Shown: positions 42,965 through 53,035, counted from the stretch's first letter. The stretch is 64,000 bases of DNA from Pyrinomonadaceae bacterium (GCA_046313635.1 JBKBYA010000002.1:480001-544000); one strand, 5' to 3'. Program-made: numbers and translations. Notes: a model not told the origin generated them from the sequence alone.

Positions 42965-44005
42965 TTAAGTAAGCATTCCCGCTAGTTCCTGTGTGGTCAC
43001 GTCGGTCCTGATCATACTATCGACCCAGGCGAGGCATGCAGTCAACGCGGCGATCTCCGGATCGAGGCTCTTGCCCGCCTCGCCGCGAATGCGCGTCTGC
43101 GCCAAAAGCTCGTCGCCCGGCTCGCCAAATTCGCTCGAGTGCAGAAACTCGTCATAGAGATCGGCAACGGCGATGATGCGTGCGTGCAGCGGGATCTGTT
43201 GTCCCGATAGTCGCTGTGGGCCGCCCTGACCGTCAAACCGCTCATAAACGCTCGCGACGGCCTCCGCCGCTTCGGCGAGTGCGCTCTCGGACGGCCCAAA
43301 GACCTTGAGCATCGCTTCAGCAGCCTCCCGCTCGGTCTTATTCGCCCGCCATGGCTCTCGCCGCCTGAGAGCCGCTCCGGTCTCCGGCGGGAGAAAGATC
43401 TCCAGCATCTCGTGAAGACGTGCCGCGAGGACGAGCCGCTCGATCTCCTCCGCCTCGAGCTCGAGCTGAGATCCGAGCGCCTGCGCATACAGCCCGACAC
43501 GAGAGGCGTGAGCCGAACGTCCAGGGCTCCGCAGGTCGAGAAGGCTTGTTGCGAGAGCCACAAAGGCGTCGACCGCCGCCTTTGACCGGGCTGCGAGACG
43601 CAGATTCTCGCGAGCGGCGAGGTGCTGTGCCCTGTTTGCCTCAAAGTGCTCGAGCGCACGCGAGATCGTGAACTTGAGATCCTCATTTACCCATGGCTTT
43701 GTGACGTACTTGTAAACCACGCCCGAGTTGATCGCCTCGACGAGCGTCGCCGCGTCGGTGTAGCCGGTGAGGATCATCCTGACGGTCTGGGGCCGCAGCT
43801 CGGCGGCCTTCATCAAGAATTCGATCCCGGTCATCCCCGGCATTCGCTGGTCCGAGAGTATGACGGCAAAGTCGTGCTTCTGGAGCAGAGCGATCGCCTC
43901 GAGGCCGCTCGTCGCCGTGGTGACCGAATGGTCGTCTCTGAAGAGACGTTCGAGAGCTCTCAGATTTGCGGGCTCGTCGTCGACGAGCAGGAGTTTGTGT
44001 TTCAT
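42965..44005 (-). CDS. Response regulator with degenerate HD-GYP domain
   Basis: REC (DQRMP), LHEM and ERFDGQGGP, IPLHARIIAVAD. Confidence 0.85.
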   Translation of the reverse strand: MKHKLLLVDDEPANLRALERLFRDDHSVTTATSGLEAIALLQKHDFAVILSDQRMPGMTGIEFLMKAAELRPQTVRMILTGYTDAATLVEAINSGVVYKYVTKPWVNEDLKFTISRALEHFEANRAQHLAARENLRLAARSKAAVDAFVALATSLLDLRSPGRSAHASRVGLYAQALGSQLELEAEEIERLVLAARLHEMLEIFLPPETGAALRRREPWRANKTEREAAEAMLKVFGPSESALAEAAEAVASVYERFDGQGGPQRLSGQQIPLHARIIAVADLYDEFLHSSEFGEPGDELLAQTRIRGEAGKSLDPEIAALTACLAWVDSMIRTDVTTQELAGMLT

Positions 44006-45339
44006 AAGCTTGTGGTGTTCACCCTATCGTGGTGGTCGTCAAAGGCCTCGCCGCGGACTTCCGGGTCCAGGGGACAGCGGTCGATCGGCAGCGTGACGGT
44101 AAAGGTCGTTCCCAGGCCCGGCGTCGAACGCACGTCGATCGTGCCGCCGTGCCGCTGTACGATGCCGAAAGAGATCGACAGGCCGAGGCCGGTGCCCTCG
44201 CCGACCGGCTTTGTCGTAAAGAAGGGATCGAATACGCTGCCGAGATGCTCGGCCGCGATGCCCTCTCCGGTGTCGCGTATTTCGACGACGATCTCGCCGC
44301 CTTTCTGCCGTGTTGTGATGACGACCTCGCCCGGATCGCCGCCGAGAGCCTCGGCCGCATTCGAGAGCAGATTCATCCAGAGCTGATTCAACTGGCCCGG
44401 GAAGGCCTCGATCTCGGGGATCTCGCCAAAGTCGCGGGTCAGCTTGACGTTTGCCTGACTGAAGTATTTTGAAAGCACGCGGATCGTCGAGTCGATGCCG
44501 TCATGGATGCTCGTCCGCTTTGGCTCGCCCTCATCGAGCCGCGTAAAGAGCCGCAGGTTATGGACGACGTCCCTGATCCGCACGGCTCCCTCGCGGCAGT
44601 CGGCGACAAGCTCGCCGACCTCGTCCAGCATTTGAGCTGACCGCTGGGTCTCGGACGGCGTGCATTTAAGAAGCTCGGCGCGCAGCTTTTCGAGCATTGT
44701 CGTGAGGATCTCGAGATTTGAGTGGATAAAGCCGACCGGATTGTTAAGCTCGTGCGCGATGCCGGCCGTCAGCTGGCCGAGCGACGCCATCTTTTCGTTA
44801 TGGACGATCTGTGCCTGCAGACGCCGCAGCTTGGCGTTTGCCTCGACGAGCTCCTCATTTCTCTGACGCAGTTCGAGCCGGTCGCGCTCTGCGCCGATCT
44901 TGAGATCGCGCTGCTTGATCGCGCGCTCGACGACGAGCTGCAGCACGTCGGGGCCGCACGGCTTGATCAGGTAATCGAACGCCCCGAGCCGCATCGCATC
45001 GATCGCGCGCTGTGAGCGGTCGATGCCGGTCACGACGATCACGGCCGTGTCAGGATAAAGATCGACGACCTTGCGCAGCAGCTCGATGCCCGAGAGGCCG
45101 GGCATCATCACGTCTGTGACCACGACGGAGAACTTTCGCTGCCGCAGCTCGTCGAGGGCTTCTGTAACGTTTGCCGCCGCGACACACTCGTAGCGGTTGC
45201 GGAGACATTCGACGAACAAATGCCGCAGCGACTCGACGTCGTCAACTATCAAGACGGAGTCGCGGGACGGCTCGACGTCCGATCCGACCTCGGTCGGAGC
45301 GTCGGGGACAGTCAGGTATCGAGTTTCAATTTCTTGCAT
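44002..45339 (-). CDS. REC-HisKA-HATPase kinase
   Basis: TDVMMP, GIAHELNNP, GEGTGLGL. Confidence 0.92.
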   Translation of the reverse strand: MQEIETRYLTVPDAPTEVGSDVEPSRDSVLIVDDVESLRHLFVECLRNRYECVAAANVTEALDELRQRKFSVVVTDVMMPGLSGIELLRKVVDLYPDTAVIVVTGIDRSQRAIDAMRLGAFDYLIKPCGPDVLQLVVERAIKQRDLKIGAERDRLELRQRNEELVEANAKLRRLQAQIVHNEKMASLGQLTAGIAHELNNPVGFIHSNLEILTTMLEKLRAELLKCTPSETQRSAQMLDEVGELVADCREGAVRIRDVVHNLRLFTRLDEGEPKRTSIHDGIDSTIRVLSKYFSQANVKLTRDFGEIPEIEAFPGQLNQLWMNLLSNAAEALGGDPGEVVITTRQKGGEIVVEIRDTGEGIAAEHLGSVFDPFFTTKPVGEGTGLGLSISFGIVQRHGGTIDVRSTPGLGTTFTVTLPIDRCPLDPEVRGEAFDDHHDRVNTTSL

Positions 45340-45845
45340 CGAGGTCGTCGGCTGTTGGGGCCCGATAGTGAATGCGCGCGTCGGCCGCGAGCGCCTCTTC
45401 GAACGTGCATGGCGGGCTCGTGAGTTTGGAGGTCAGCTTCATGTAGTGCAGACGCGCCGGCCGGCTGGGAAACTAACATGCCGTGTCAAGAGATCGATCG
45501 AGCCTGCGGGCAGTTTGGGGTCACCGAATCCGGGGCCAAATCCCCGTCCGGTCCGCGGCCGTGACGGCCGAACGGGCCGGTACGGGAGGCGAATATTCAT
45601 CGGCGGCCCCATATCGCAGCGGAAGATAAAGGGCTGCCGCACCAGAGAGAGGTTGCAATGGATGTTCCAACGGCAGACAGCGCCGCCGGCTGCCGAAAGC
45701 CCAATTAATACGGCATCGCGCGTAGGCTCGTGAGGCGTGCGGAGCCGCTATGCTGCCGGGCATTTTGGACAGTGAAGAAAATTGGGTGGGAATTGTGCCG
45801 CATGAATCTTGATCGCAGGTTCCCGCTCGACGCGGCGGAGCGTCT

Positions 45846-48806
45846 CTATCGGGATTCGGTATCCAGATAAAAAGTCTCGTCGGCAGGCCGCAAAGGCCTC
45901 GCCAGCCAGAGCGGGCGGCGCAGGCCGCCGGGGCCGGGAGCGGGGCGCGTCATCGCGAGCCATTGTTTGTAGATCTCGAAGGACCGATTCGTGTCGACAA
46001 AAACGTCGCCGTACTCGTCGCCCGGATGTGCTCGCTCGACTGTGACCTTCTGGTGCCAGCAGTGCATTCCGGAGATCGGGTCGGGATGAACCGGGAAAGT
46101 GATGTTCTGATGGACGCCGCCGTCGGTCCAGAAGATGCGCGACGTATCAGGGTCGGCGCTCTTGAATGCGCCGATGCCCTCGACAACTCGCATCTTCCAT
46201 TTGCCGGGCTCGACCTGGTCGATCGCGACCTGGTTGGTCGACCAGCGATTGTTCTTCGCATCCTGAGCGCGGCGCCAGCGGCCGATGTGATGCGAGCACG
46301 CGACAACGCTCGGCCGCATTCCTTCTGTCACCCATGCTCGATTGACGAAGTAGCCGATCTCGGTCGTGACGCGGACGAGATCGCCCGTCTTGATGCCCCA
46401 GCGTTCCGCGTCGCTCGTGTGCATCCAGAGCGGGTTGCGGTTTGAGATCTCGGCGAGCCATTTGGCCTGGCCAGAGCGCGTGTGAATGAGCGTCGGCAGT
46501 CGGAATGTGGGCACGAGCACGACCTCGTTCTCGGCGAAGTTGTCGGGGTGAATGTGGCTCTTGATGTACGTCGGCAAAGCGTATTCCGGCCAGCCCCATT
46601 CGGCCGTCGTGCTCGAATAAAGCTCCTGCCGCTTGGACGGCGTGTTAAATCCGACACGTGCCTTGCCGTCAACGATCGCGGCGATCGTCTTGCCGTTCTT
46701 TCGCACCTCTGCGCGCTCCGCGTCGATCTCGGCCTCGGCGAGCGCCTGCTCGGGCGCAAGGTCGAGATGCTTATTCGTGACCGTCGCCTCGACCTCGAAG
46801 GCGCCGTACTTGCGCATATATTCGAGCGGCGTCAGTCCCTCTTTTGCGGCCGCCTCGGGCAGACCTTTCGTATTCTCGAAAATGTACCGGTAGTACTCGT
46901 CGATCGTTATCTTTTCGCCCGGCCGGTAAGGCGAGATGAAATGCTTGCGGATGCCGAGCTCGCCGTCGAGGTCGATCCGCCATGAGAGCTCGAACCAGAA
47001 TTCGTCCTCTTCCCACACCTCGCCCGGATTTGCCTGGTACGTGAATTCGACTTCCCTGCCCATCCGCCGCGCGGCCTCGCGGAGCACCGGCTGGCGAAAC
47101 GAGATCCACATTCCGGTATGCGTCTCGTAGCTCGTCAGGTCGTGCCGCTCGCTCGCGTGGCCCATCGGCAGGACGTAGTCGGCGAAGTACGCTGTCTCGT
47201 TCCACGTCGGCGTGAGCGCGACGTGCAGGCCGATCTTGCTCTCGTCGCTCAAGGCCTCGATCCACGAGAATCCGTCGGGATACGTCCAGACCGGGTTAAA
47301 GACGCGGGTGAAATACGCCGACAATTTGCCGCGGCCTTCCTTCAAAAAGTGCGGCAGCAGGAAGCTCATCTCGTAATGCGAGAGCGGGTACTCGTTGGGA
47401 AAATGCAGCTCGTTCCAAAACTTTTGCGCCGGCGGCGTCGCGTAGCTCGCGGGCTTGAACTTGTTCCACGCGCTCGGGAGCGTGCCGCCCTCGGTGCCGA
47501 CGGCTCCGACGAGCACGCTCAAAAAGTGCAGGCATCGCGCGACGGCCCAGCCGCCTAAGTTTCCGCTGCCGGCCGAGCGCCAATTGTGCGCCGAGAAACG
47601 CGTCCCCGCGCGGCCGATCTGCCGCGCGACCTCGACGATCGTCTCGGCGGGGACGCCGCTTTCCGCTTCGGCAAATTCGGGCGTGTATTCTGAGTAGAAC
47701 TGCTCGAGCTCGAAGAGGAAATCTTCAAACAAAGGAGCGCGGACGCCCTCGTCCGCAATGGCCGCAGCGCGGCCAGAGACGGCGGCGTCAAAACGACTGC
47801 GAGCGACGGAGCGTCGCTCGTTGCGGACGAGGGCGTCCGCGTTCCGTTTTCGCAGCGCCTCCAGCGAATCCTGCCAGTTGACCCAGTCGCGGAGAAACTT
47901 TTCGTTGTAGAGCTTTTCGCGAATGATCACATTCGCCATCGCAAGCAGCACCGCGGCCTCGCTGCCGGGATAGCTCGCCATCCAGTAGTCGGCCATCGAG
48001 GCGGTGTTGGAAAGCCGCGTGTCCATCACGGCGAGCTTGGCTCCGTTCATCATTCCCTCGATGATGCGCTGGGCGTGCGGGTTGAAGTAGTGCCCCGACT
48101 CAAGATGCGCCGAGATCAAAAGGATGAACTGCGCATTCGCATGATCCGGCGAAGGCCGGTCGTAGCCCTGCCAGATCGCGTAGCCGAACCGCGCGCCGGC
48201 CGAGCATATATTCGTGTGGGAATTGTGGCCGTCGACGCCCCATGCCTGCAGTATGCGATCGATAAAACCCTCGTGCCCCGGACGGCCGACGTGATAGACA
48301 ACCTCGCTGCGGCGATCGTCTTTTAACGCTTCGCGGATCTTGCCGGCGATATCGTCGAGTACCTCGTCCCACGAGACGCGTTCCCACTCGCCCGAGCCGC
48401 GCGGGCCTTTTCGTTTTAACGGATAGAGAATGCGGTCGACGTCGTTGATCTGATTGATCGTCGCGGGCCCTTTGGCACAGTTGCGGCCGCGGCTGCCGGG
48501 ATGATACGGATTGCCCTCGAACTTGCGCACCTTCTGGCTTTGCTTGTCGACGTATGCGAGCAGCCCGCAGCCCGCCTCGCAGTTGAAGCACGTCGTCGGA
48601 ACGATCTGATATTCACGCTTCTCGCGCCGCAGCCCGCTGGTCGCCTCGTACTCGACCCAATCGTCCCACCTCTCCGGCGGCGGATAATCGGTCAGCTTCC
48701 CCGGCTCCGTTATCGGAGGCAGATCGTCATCGTTTGGCGCGTGAAGGTTCGGTATGAGGTGAAGCGTCTCGGCGAGGCGTTCGATGAACGAGGGTTTGTG
48801 CGACAT
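45846..48806 (-). CDS. Molybdopterin (DMSO reductase family) oxidoreductase catalytic subunit
   Basis: CFNCEAGC...CAKG Fe-S motif, RILYPLKR, ADYVLP, C-terminal dinucleotide-binding domain; no Tat signal seen. Confidence 0.9.
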   Translation of the reverse strand: MSHKPSFIERLAETLHLIPNLHAPNDDDLPPITEPGKLTDYPPPERWDDWVEYEATSGLRREKREYQIVPTTCFNCEAGCGLLAYVDKQSQKVRKFEGNPYHPGSRGRNCAKGPATINQINDVDRILYPLKRKGPRGSGEWERVSWDEVLDDIAGKIREALKDDRRSEVVYHVGRPGHEGFIDRILQAWGVDGHNSHTNICSAGARFGYAIWQGYDRPSPDHANAQFILLISAHLESGHYFNPHAQRIIEGMMNGAKLAVMDTRLSNTASMADYWMASYPGSEAAVLLAMANVIIREKLYNEKFLRDWVNWQDSLEALRKRNADALVRNERRSVARSRFDAAVSGRAAAIADEGVRAPLFEDFLFELEQFYSEYTPEFAEAESGVPAETIVEVARQIGRAGTRFSAHNWRSAGSGNLGGWAVARCLHFLSVLVGAVGTEGGTLPSAWNKFKPASYATPPAQKFWNELHFPNEYPLSHYEMSFLLPHFLKEGRGKLSAYFTRVFNPVWTYPDGFSWIEALSDESKIGLHVALTPTWNETAYFADYVLPMGHASERHDLTSYETHTGMWISFRQPVLREAARRMGREVEFTYQANPGEVWEEDEFWFELSWRIDLDGELGIRKHFISPYRPGEKITIDEYYRYIFENTKGLPEAAAKEGLTPLEYMRKYGAFEVEATVTNKHLDLAPEQALAEAEIDAERAEVRKNGKTIAAIVDGKARVGFNTPSKRQELYSSTTAEWGWPEYALPTYIKSHIHPDNFAENEVVLVPTFRLPTLIHTRSGQAKWLAEISNRNPLWMHTSDAERWGIKTGDLVRVTTEIGYFVNRAWVTEGMRPSVVACSHHIGRWRRAQDAKNNRWSTNQVAIDQVEPGKWKMRVVEGIGAFKSADPDTSRIFWTDGGVHQNITFPVHPDPISGMHCWHQKVTVERAHPGDEYGDVFVDTNRSFEIYKQWLAMTRPAPGPGGLRRPLWLARPLRPADETFYLDTESR
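47734..47845. repeat. Inverted REP-like doublet inside the Mo-oxidoreductase CDS
   Basis: GGAGCGCGGACGCCCTCGTCCGC at 47734-47756 and GCGGACGAGGGCGTCCGCGTTCC at 47823-47845. Confidence 0.9.
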
Positions 48807-48812
48807 GCTTTG

Positions 48813-49109
48813 TTATTTTCGCTCCGACCCAAACTCAGGATTTCGTCTGTTATGTTTAACGACCAGGACCTTGACGGATTCTTGATCGATGATCTGATAC
48901 ATGATGTGATAAGAAAAACGACGAAGATTCATCCGTCTGACATCATTTCGGAGAACTGGATAGGCTTGCGGACTCTGCGAGATCACCCGTATGCAGCGGC
49001 GAAACTCCTTATAAAAATCCGTTGCAATTCTCAAATCGGTCTCGCGGACGTAATACTCCATTATCGAGCGGATATCAGAGTAAACCTCGCGATTTAATCT
49101 GACACGCAT
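48813..49109 (-). CDS. RelE/ParE family toxin
   Basis: DIRSIMEYY...RRFSYHIMY...VLVVKHNRRNP; overlaps the antitoxin gene. Confidence 0.85.
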   Translation of the reverse strand: MRVRLNREVYSDIRSIMEYYVRETDLRIATDFYKEFRRCIRVISQSPQAYPVLRNDVRRMNLRRFSYHIMYQIIDQESVKVLVVKHNRRNPEFGSERK

Positions 49110-49333
49110 TCAGGGAATTGTTTCTTGATCAGGTCGTCGAACTCTTCAGGCGATAGCGACATCTCAGGATTCTCGTCCATCTCGCGACTCCGCCTGAGCG
49201 CTTCGTCGACACCGTCGTCGTCGTCGTCGACAAAAGGCGATGGCAACGAGGCGATAAGCTTCTCTGCCAACTTCGCCCGGTCAGAGGCCGAAAGGCTGAG
49301 CGCTATTTTTTCTGCTTCTGCAATTACGGACAT
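49094..49333 (-). CDS. Addiction-module antitoxin (TIGR02574-like)
   Basis: ALSLSASDRAKLAEKLIASL...EALRRSRE. Confidence 0.8.
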   Translation of the reverse strand: MSVIAEAEKIALSLSASDRAKLAEKLIASLPSPFVDDDDDGVDEALRRSREMDENPEMSLSPEEFDDLIKKQFPECVSD

Positions 49334-49369
49334 AGAAAATCTCTCCTTCCGACGAATTATATCACCCGT

Positions 49370-49552
49370 CGCTGAGCGCTCGTCGCCTCATACTCGACAC
49401 AATCGTCCAACCTCTGAGGGCGGCGGATAGTCGGTCAAATTCCCCGGCTCCCGTATCGGCGCAGTTTCATCCTCACCCGCCCCGCGAAGGTCCTGTATCA
49501 GGTGAAGAGTCTCCGCCAGCCGTTCGATGAATGAAGGTGTGTGTTTGGACAT
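49370..49552 (-). pseudogene. Duplicated 5' fragment of the Mo-oxidoreductase gene
   Basis: MSKHTPSFIERLAETLHLI...EPGNLTDYPPP, then frameshifted LDDCVEYEATS, versus MSHKPSFIERLAETLHLI...EPGKLTDYPPPERWDDWVEYEATS. Confidence 0.9.
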
Positions 49553-49662
49553 TAGTGGGCAGCCTGGCCATCGGCTAGCGCATTCCAAATACTTTCGCGA
49601 AGTCGCTCAATCTGCTCCTTTCTTAACTTTCCGGCTGATCGTATTGAATCGATAATGCCCAT
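49552..49662 (-). other. 36-aa mini-ORF or gene remnant
   Basis: MGIIDSIRSAGKLRKEQIERLRESIWNALADGQAAH*; its stop overlaps the next ATG (TAATG). Confidence 0.45.
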
Positions 49663-49672
49663 TTCTCTCTGC

Positions 49673-51292
49673 TTAACTCAACGGCACTAGTTGCGGGGCT
49701 TTGACCCAGATGTGTTCGCCGAAATACAACCCAATTAAGATCATCAACCCGACGGCCACGGCGGTGGGGCCGGAGACTGTGAACAAGATCATTATCGCGA
49801 GCGGCAGGATGCTGCCGATGAGGATCGTGCCGAGCCAGAACGGCAGCGCGAAGCGGCCGCGGGTGATCATTTTGGCGACGGTTGCGGCGTCGCTCGTTGC
49901 GTGCGTGGTCGTGAGCTCGAGGGCGATTGTGAGCAGGTTGAGGATGATAAAAGCCGCGGTGAGCGACTTCGTGGGGCCCATCCACGCTTTGTTCCAGTCG
50001 AACCACACGTCCGAGATCATGATCGCCGCACCGCCGGCGATGAGCGAATGCAGGACCATGTGGATCGAGAGCATCGGCGATTGCCAGAAGTCACGCCCCT
50101 TGGCCTGAGCGAAAAGGAATGCCGTATAAACGGCCGTCATCAGCGCAGGCGCGAGACCGAGCCATTCGATCAGGTTCAGCCAGTGGAACTGCTTAGAGAA
50201 GACCGCGGCCCACCACGCGGTGAGCACGAGCCCGTACGCGGTAATGATGTAGCTCCCGCGGGTCAGCCACGAACGCCACTGCGGCCGCAGCAAAGTGTAA
50301 ATAAATCTCTCGGGCCGCCCGAGGTCCTTGATCAAAAGCGCTCCGGTGACCGCCAGGAATAAAAGCGCGAGTCCGTTGCCGACCATTTTTAGCAGGATCG
50401 GCACCTCTGCAGGCGACAGGAGAAAATTTACGAATAGGAACGCTCCGGCGGCGATCGCCTTTGTCCAGACGTATGCCGAGACCTCCCAGCCCCAGAGCAC
50501 GCCTTTGTTCGGGGCGTCGTAAACGCGGCGGAACGCGGACGCCCCCGTCCGCAACGCCGCCTCGCGGCGGAGGTCGTTGCCATGCAACTGGGTCGTGCTG
50601 GGGGAAGGTGTTCGGGCGTCGCCCTCATTGCGGACGAGGGTGTCCGCGTTCCGTGAGGCGTCCGCGTTCCAATGATGTCCGACTCCGCTCGACTGACTCG
50701 ACCACATGTATTCGGTGTCGGGATGAGCGGCGGTCGGGTCGAGCGAGGCCTTGTCGCCGTCGATATAAAACAACTTGGGCTGGGTTCCCTTTTCGGGTTT
50801 GCGGACGGAGACGGTCTCGCGGGCCAGCAATTGAGAAATTTCAGACGACGGATCGTCCATATCGCCCGAGATGATCGCGTGCTCGGGGCAGACGTTGACG
50901 CACGCCGGTTCGAGGCCGATATCGACGCGGTGCGTGCAGTAGTTGCACTTGGCCGACGTGTGATCGTCGGGGTGCATATAGATCGCGTCGTACGGGCAGG
51001 CCTGCGTGCACGCTTTGCAGCCGATGCAGCGGCGGTCGTCAAAATCGACGATCCCGTCCTTGCGTGTGAAGAGCGCCGTCACCGGGCAGATCTCGACGCA
51101 CGGAGCGTCGGCGCAGTGGTTGCACCGCATCACCGAAAACAGCCGCCGCGTGTCGGGGAACGTGCCCTTCTCGATGTACTTGACCCACGTGCGATTGACG
51201 CCGACCGGCACGTCGTTCTCGGATTTGCAGGCGACGGTGCACGCGTGGCAGCCGATACACTTTCGGTTATCAATGACGAATCCAAAGTTCAT
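49673..51292 (-). CDS. Fused 4Fe-4S dicluster (NrfC/DmsB-like) and NrfD/PsrC membrane anchor
   Basis: CIGCHAC, CNHCADAPCVEICP, CIGCKACTQACP, KCNYC; DLGRPERF, SWLTRGS. Confidence 0.9.
   Translation of the reverse strand: MNFGFVIDNRKCIGCHACTVACKSENDVPVGVNRTWVKYIEKGTFPDTRRLFSVMRCNHCADAPCVEICPVTALFTRKDGIVDFDDRRCIGCKACTQACPYDAIYMHPDDHTSAKCNYCTHRVDIGLEPACVNVCPEHAIISGDMDDPSSEISQLLARETVSVRKPEKGTQPKLFYIDGDKASLDPTAAHPDTEYMWSSQSSGVGHHWNADASRNADTLVRNEGDARTPSPSTTQLHGNDLRREAALRTGASAFRRVYDAPNKGVLWGWEVSAYVWTKAIAAGAFLFVNFLLSPAEVPILLKMVGNGLALLFLAVTGALLIKDLGRPERFIYTLLRPQWRSWLTRGSYIITAYGLVLTAWWAAVFSKQFHWLNLIEWLGLAPALMTAVYTAFLFAQAKGRDFWQSPMLSIHMVLHSLIAGGAAIMISDVWFDWNKAWMGPTKSLTAAFIILNLLTIALELTTTHATSDAATVAKMITRGRFALPFWLGTILIGSILPLAIMILFTVSGPTAVAVGLMILIGLYFGEHIWVKAPQLVPLS
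50530..50670. repeat. Inverted REP-like doublet plus partial third copy inside the NrfC-NrfD CDS
   Basis: Copies at 50530-50552 and 50630-50652; partial GGCGTCCGCGTTCC at 50657-50670. Confidence 0.9.
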
Positions 51293-51375
51293 CTGCGCGT
51301 TGTGTCCGGGCCTCTAAAATTGCTGCGAGTTTACATTAAGCGGTCGCGTCATGGCGAGCGCCGCACGTCGCGACG

Positions 51376-52428
51376 TCAGCGGAGCGCGGCGTTGAGCTTT
51401 GCCAGAGCGGCGGAGCCCGGGCACAGCTCGCGCTCGGTGAGCGAATTCAGCGGCCGGTCGGCCGTGTTGAGCACGTTGTGAAGGTCGGCGGCCTCAGGGT
51501 GCATATAGAGCAGGCCGGTCAGGATCTCGCCCTTTTGCTTCGATCTCTGCACGGCCGTCATCGCCGAGAGGCGGTCGAGCGGGTTCCAATCCTTTTCGAG
51601 CTTGTGCAGTCGAATGACCGAGCCGTCATGCATCGTCAGGTCCTCGACGCTGCCGGCCTCGTACGTCGCGGTGATCTCCCGCATTATCGGGATGAAATCG
51701 ACCGTCGACGTCGCCTCGACGTGCTCGCGGACGTAGTCGTAGGATTTGGTCGAGCCGGTGTTGTTGTTGAATGTGACGCACGGGCTGATGACGTTGATAA
51801 AGGCAAAGCCCTCATGCTTCATCGCCGCCTTGAGCAGCGGCACGAGCTGCTGCTTGTCGCCCGAAAAGCTCTGCGCGACAAACGTCGCCCCGAGCTCGAT
51901 CGCGAGGCTTGCGAGGTCGATCGCCTCAAAGAGGTTTACGTGGCCGGACTTGTTCTTTGAACCGGCGTCGGCGGTCGCCGAGTCCTGGCCTTTGGTCAGC
52001 CCGTAGCAGCCGTTATTCATCACGAGATACACCATCCGCAGATTGCGGCGAATGACGTGGACGAACTGCCCCATCCCTATCGACGCCGTGTCGCCGTCGC
52101 CCGAGACGCCGAAGTAGATGAGATCGCGATTCGCAAGATTGGCTCCCGTCGCGACCGAAGGCATGCGGCCGTGGACCGAGTTAAAGCCGTGCGAGTTGCT
52201 GAGAAAGTACGCCGGCGATTTCGACGAGCAGCCGATGCCGGAGAGTTTCGCGACCTTGTGAGGCTCGATATTCATCTCCCAGCACGCCTGCACGATCGCC
52301 GCGTTGATCGAGTCGTGCCCGCAGCCGGCGCAGAGCGTGGAGAGCGAACCCTCGTAATAATCGACCGTGTAGCCCAGATCGTTCTTAGGCAGTGCCGGGT
52401 GGCGAAATTTGGAGCGGACGTAGGTCAT
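51376..52428 (-). CDS. korB: 2-oxoacid:ferredoxin oxidoreductase beta subunit
   Basis: LCAGCG, SGIGCSS, HGR, GDGD TPP motif, SPCVTF. Confidence 0.93.
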   Translation of the reverse strand: MTYVRSKFRHPALPKNDLGYTVDYYEGSLSTLCAGCGHDSINAAIVQACWEMNIEPHKVAKLSGIGCSSKSPAYFLSNSHGFNSVHGRMPSVATGANLANRDLIYFGVSGDGDTASIGMGQFVHVIRRNLRMVYLVMNNGCYGLTKGQDSATADAGSKNKSGHVNLFEAIDLASLAIELGATFVAQSFSGDKQQLVPLLKAAMKHEGFAFINVISPCVTFNNNTGSTKSYDYVREHVEATSTVDFIPIMREITATYEAGSVEDLTMHDGSVIRLHKLEKDWNPLDRLSAMTAVQRSKQKGEILTGLLYMHPEAADLHNVLNTADRPLNSLTERELCPGSAALAKLNAALR

Positions 52429-52431
52429 AGG

Positions 52432-52776
52432 TCAAGCGAAGCGAACTCTTGTTTCCGTTACGGTCACAAATCGGCCGGGCAATCGGTCGGAATAATTACG
52501 CAGTAATCGACTCAAGACTTCGATCTTGTTGGGCGAGCGTTCGTCTGTGACCCGGATCAGGATCACCCCGTGGTGAGCGCGCCTTTCGCGAAAGATCATT
52601 TCGCCGAAGTCCTTATCGTTAGTTATCAAAATTCAGCGTTCAGTCGACGCCTTTGTCAGAATCTCTCCGTCAGTCGCGCCTTTTGCCTCGTCAAAAACAG
52701 AAAAAACTTCGTGTCCATTTTGGCGAAGCCAGCGCGCAACGCTCGGACCCGTCGATTCGTCTACGAGGAAGCGCAC
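52432..52776 (-). pseudogene. DUF5615 PIN-like toxin with internal stop
   Basis: GTG start: MRFLVDESTGPSVARWLRQNGHEV...TER*ILITNDKDFGE; TGA at 52633-52635. Confidence 0.8.
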
Positions 52777-52779
52777 TGC

Positions 52780-53028
52780 TTACGCTCTCTCCACGTCGAG
52801 CGGCATAAAATCGGTCCGCCTCAGCGATTCACCGGCGAATAGCAGGCAGGCCTGTATGTCCTCGATCTCGAGACCTTGATACTCGTCGAGTATCTCAGCC
52901 TCCGTCGCACCATGGGCCAACAACCCAAGAATGAATTCGACCGCAAGACGAGTACCCTTAATGACAGGCTTTCCGGTCAGCACGTTCGGATCGAGGGTTA
53001 TGCGTTCGAGCAGCGCCTGATCATTCAT
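52780..53028 (-). CDS. DUF433 antitoxin
   Basis: RITLDPNVLTGKPVIKGTRLAVEFIL...EILDEY..LEIEDIQACL. Confidence 0.9.
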   Translation of the reverse strand: MNDQALLERITLDPNVLTGKPVIKGTRLAVEFILGLLAHGATEAEILDEYQGLEIEDIQACLLFAGESLRRTDFMPLDVERA

Positions 53029-53035
53029 GCGAGGA

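Noticed and set aside
45340..45845. Riboswitch, ncRNA or small CDS in the intergenic gap
   Set aside because: No recognisable motif or credible ORF by eye; an Rfam covariance search would be needed.
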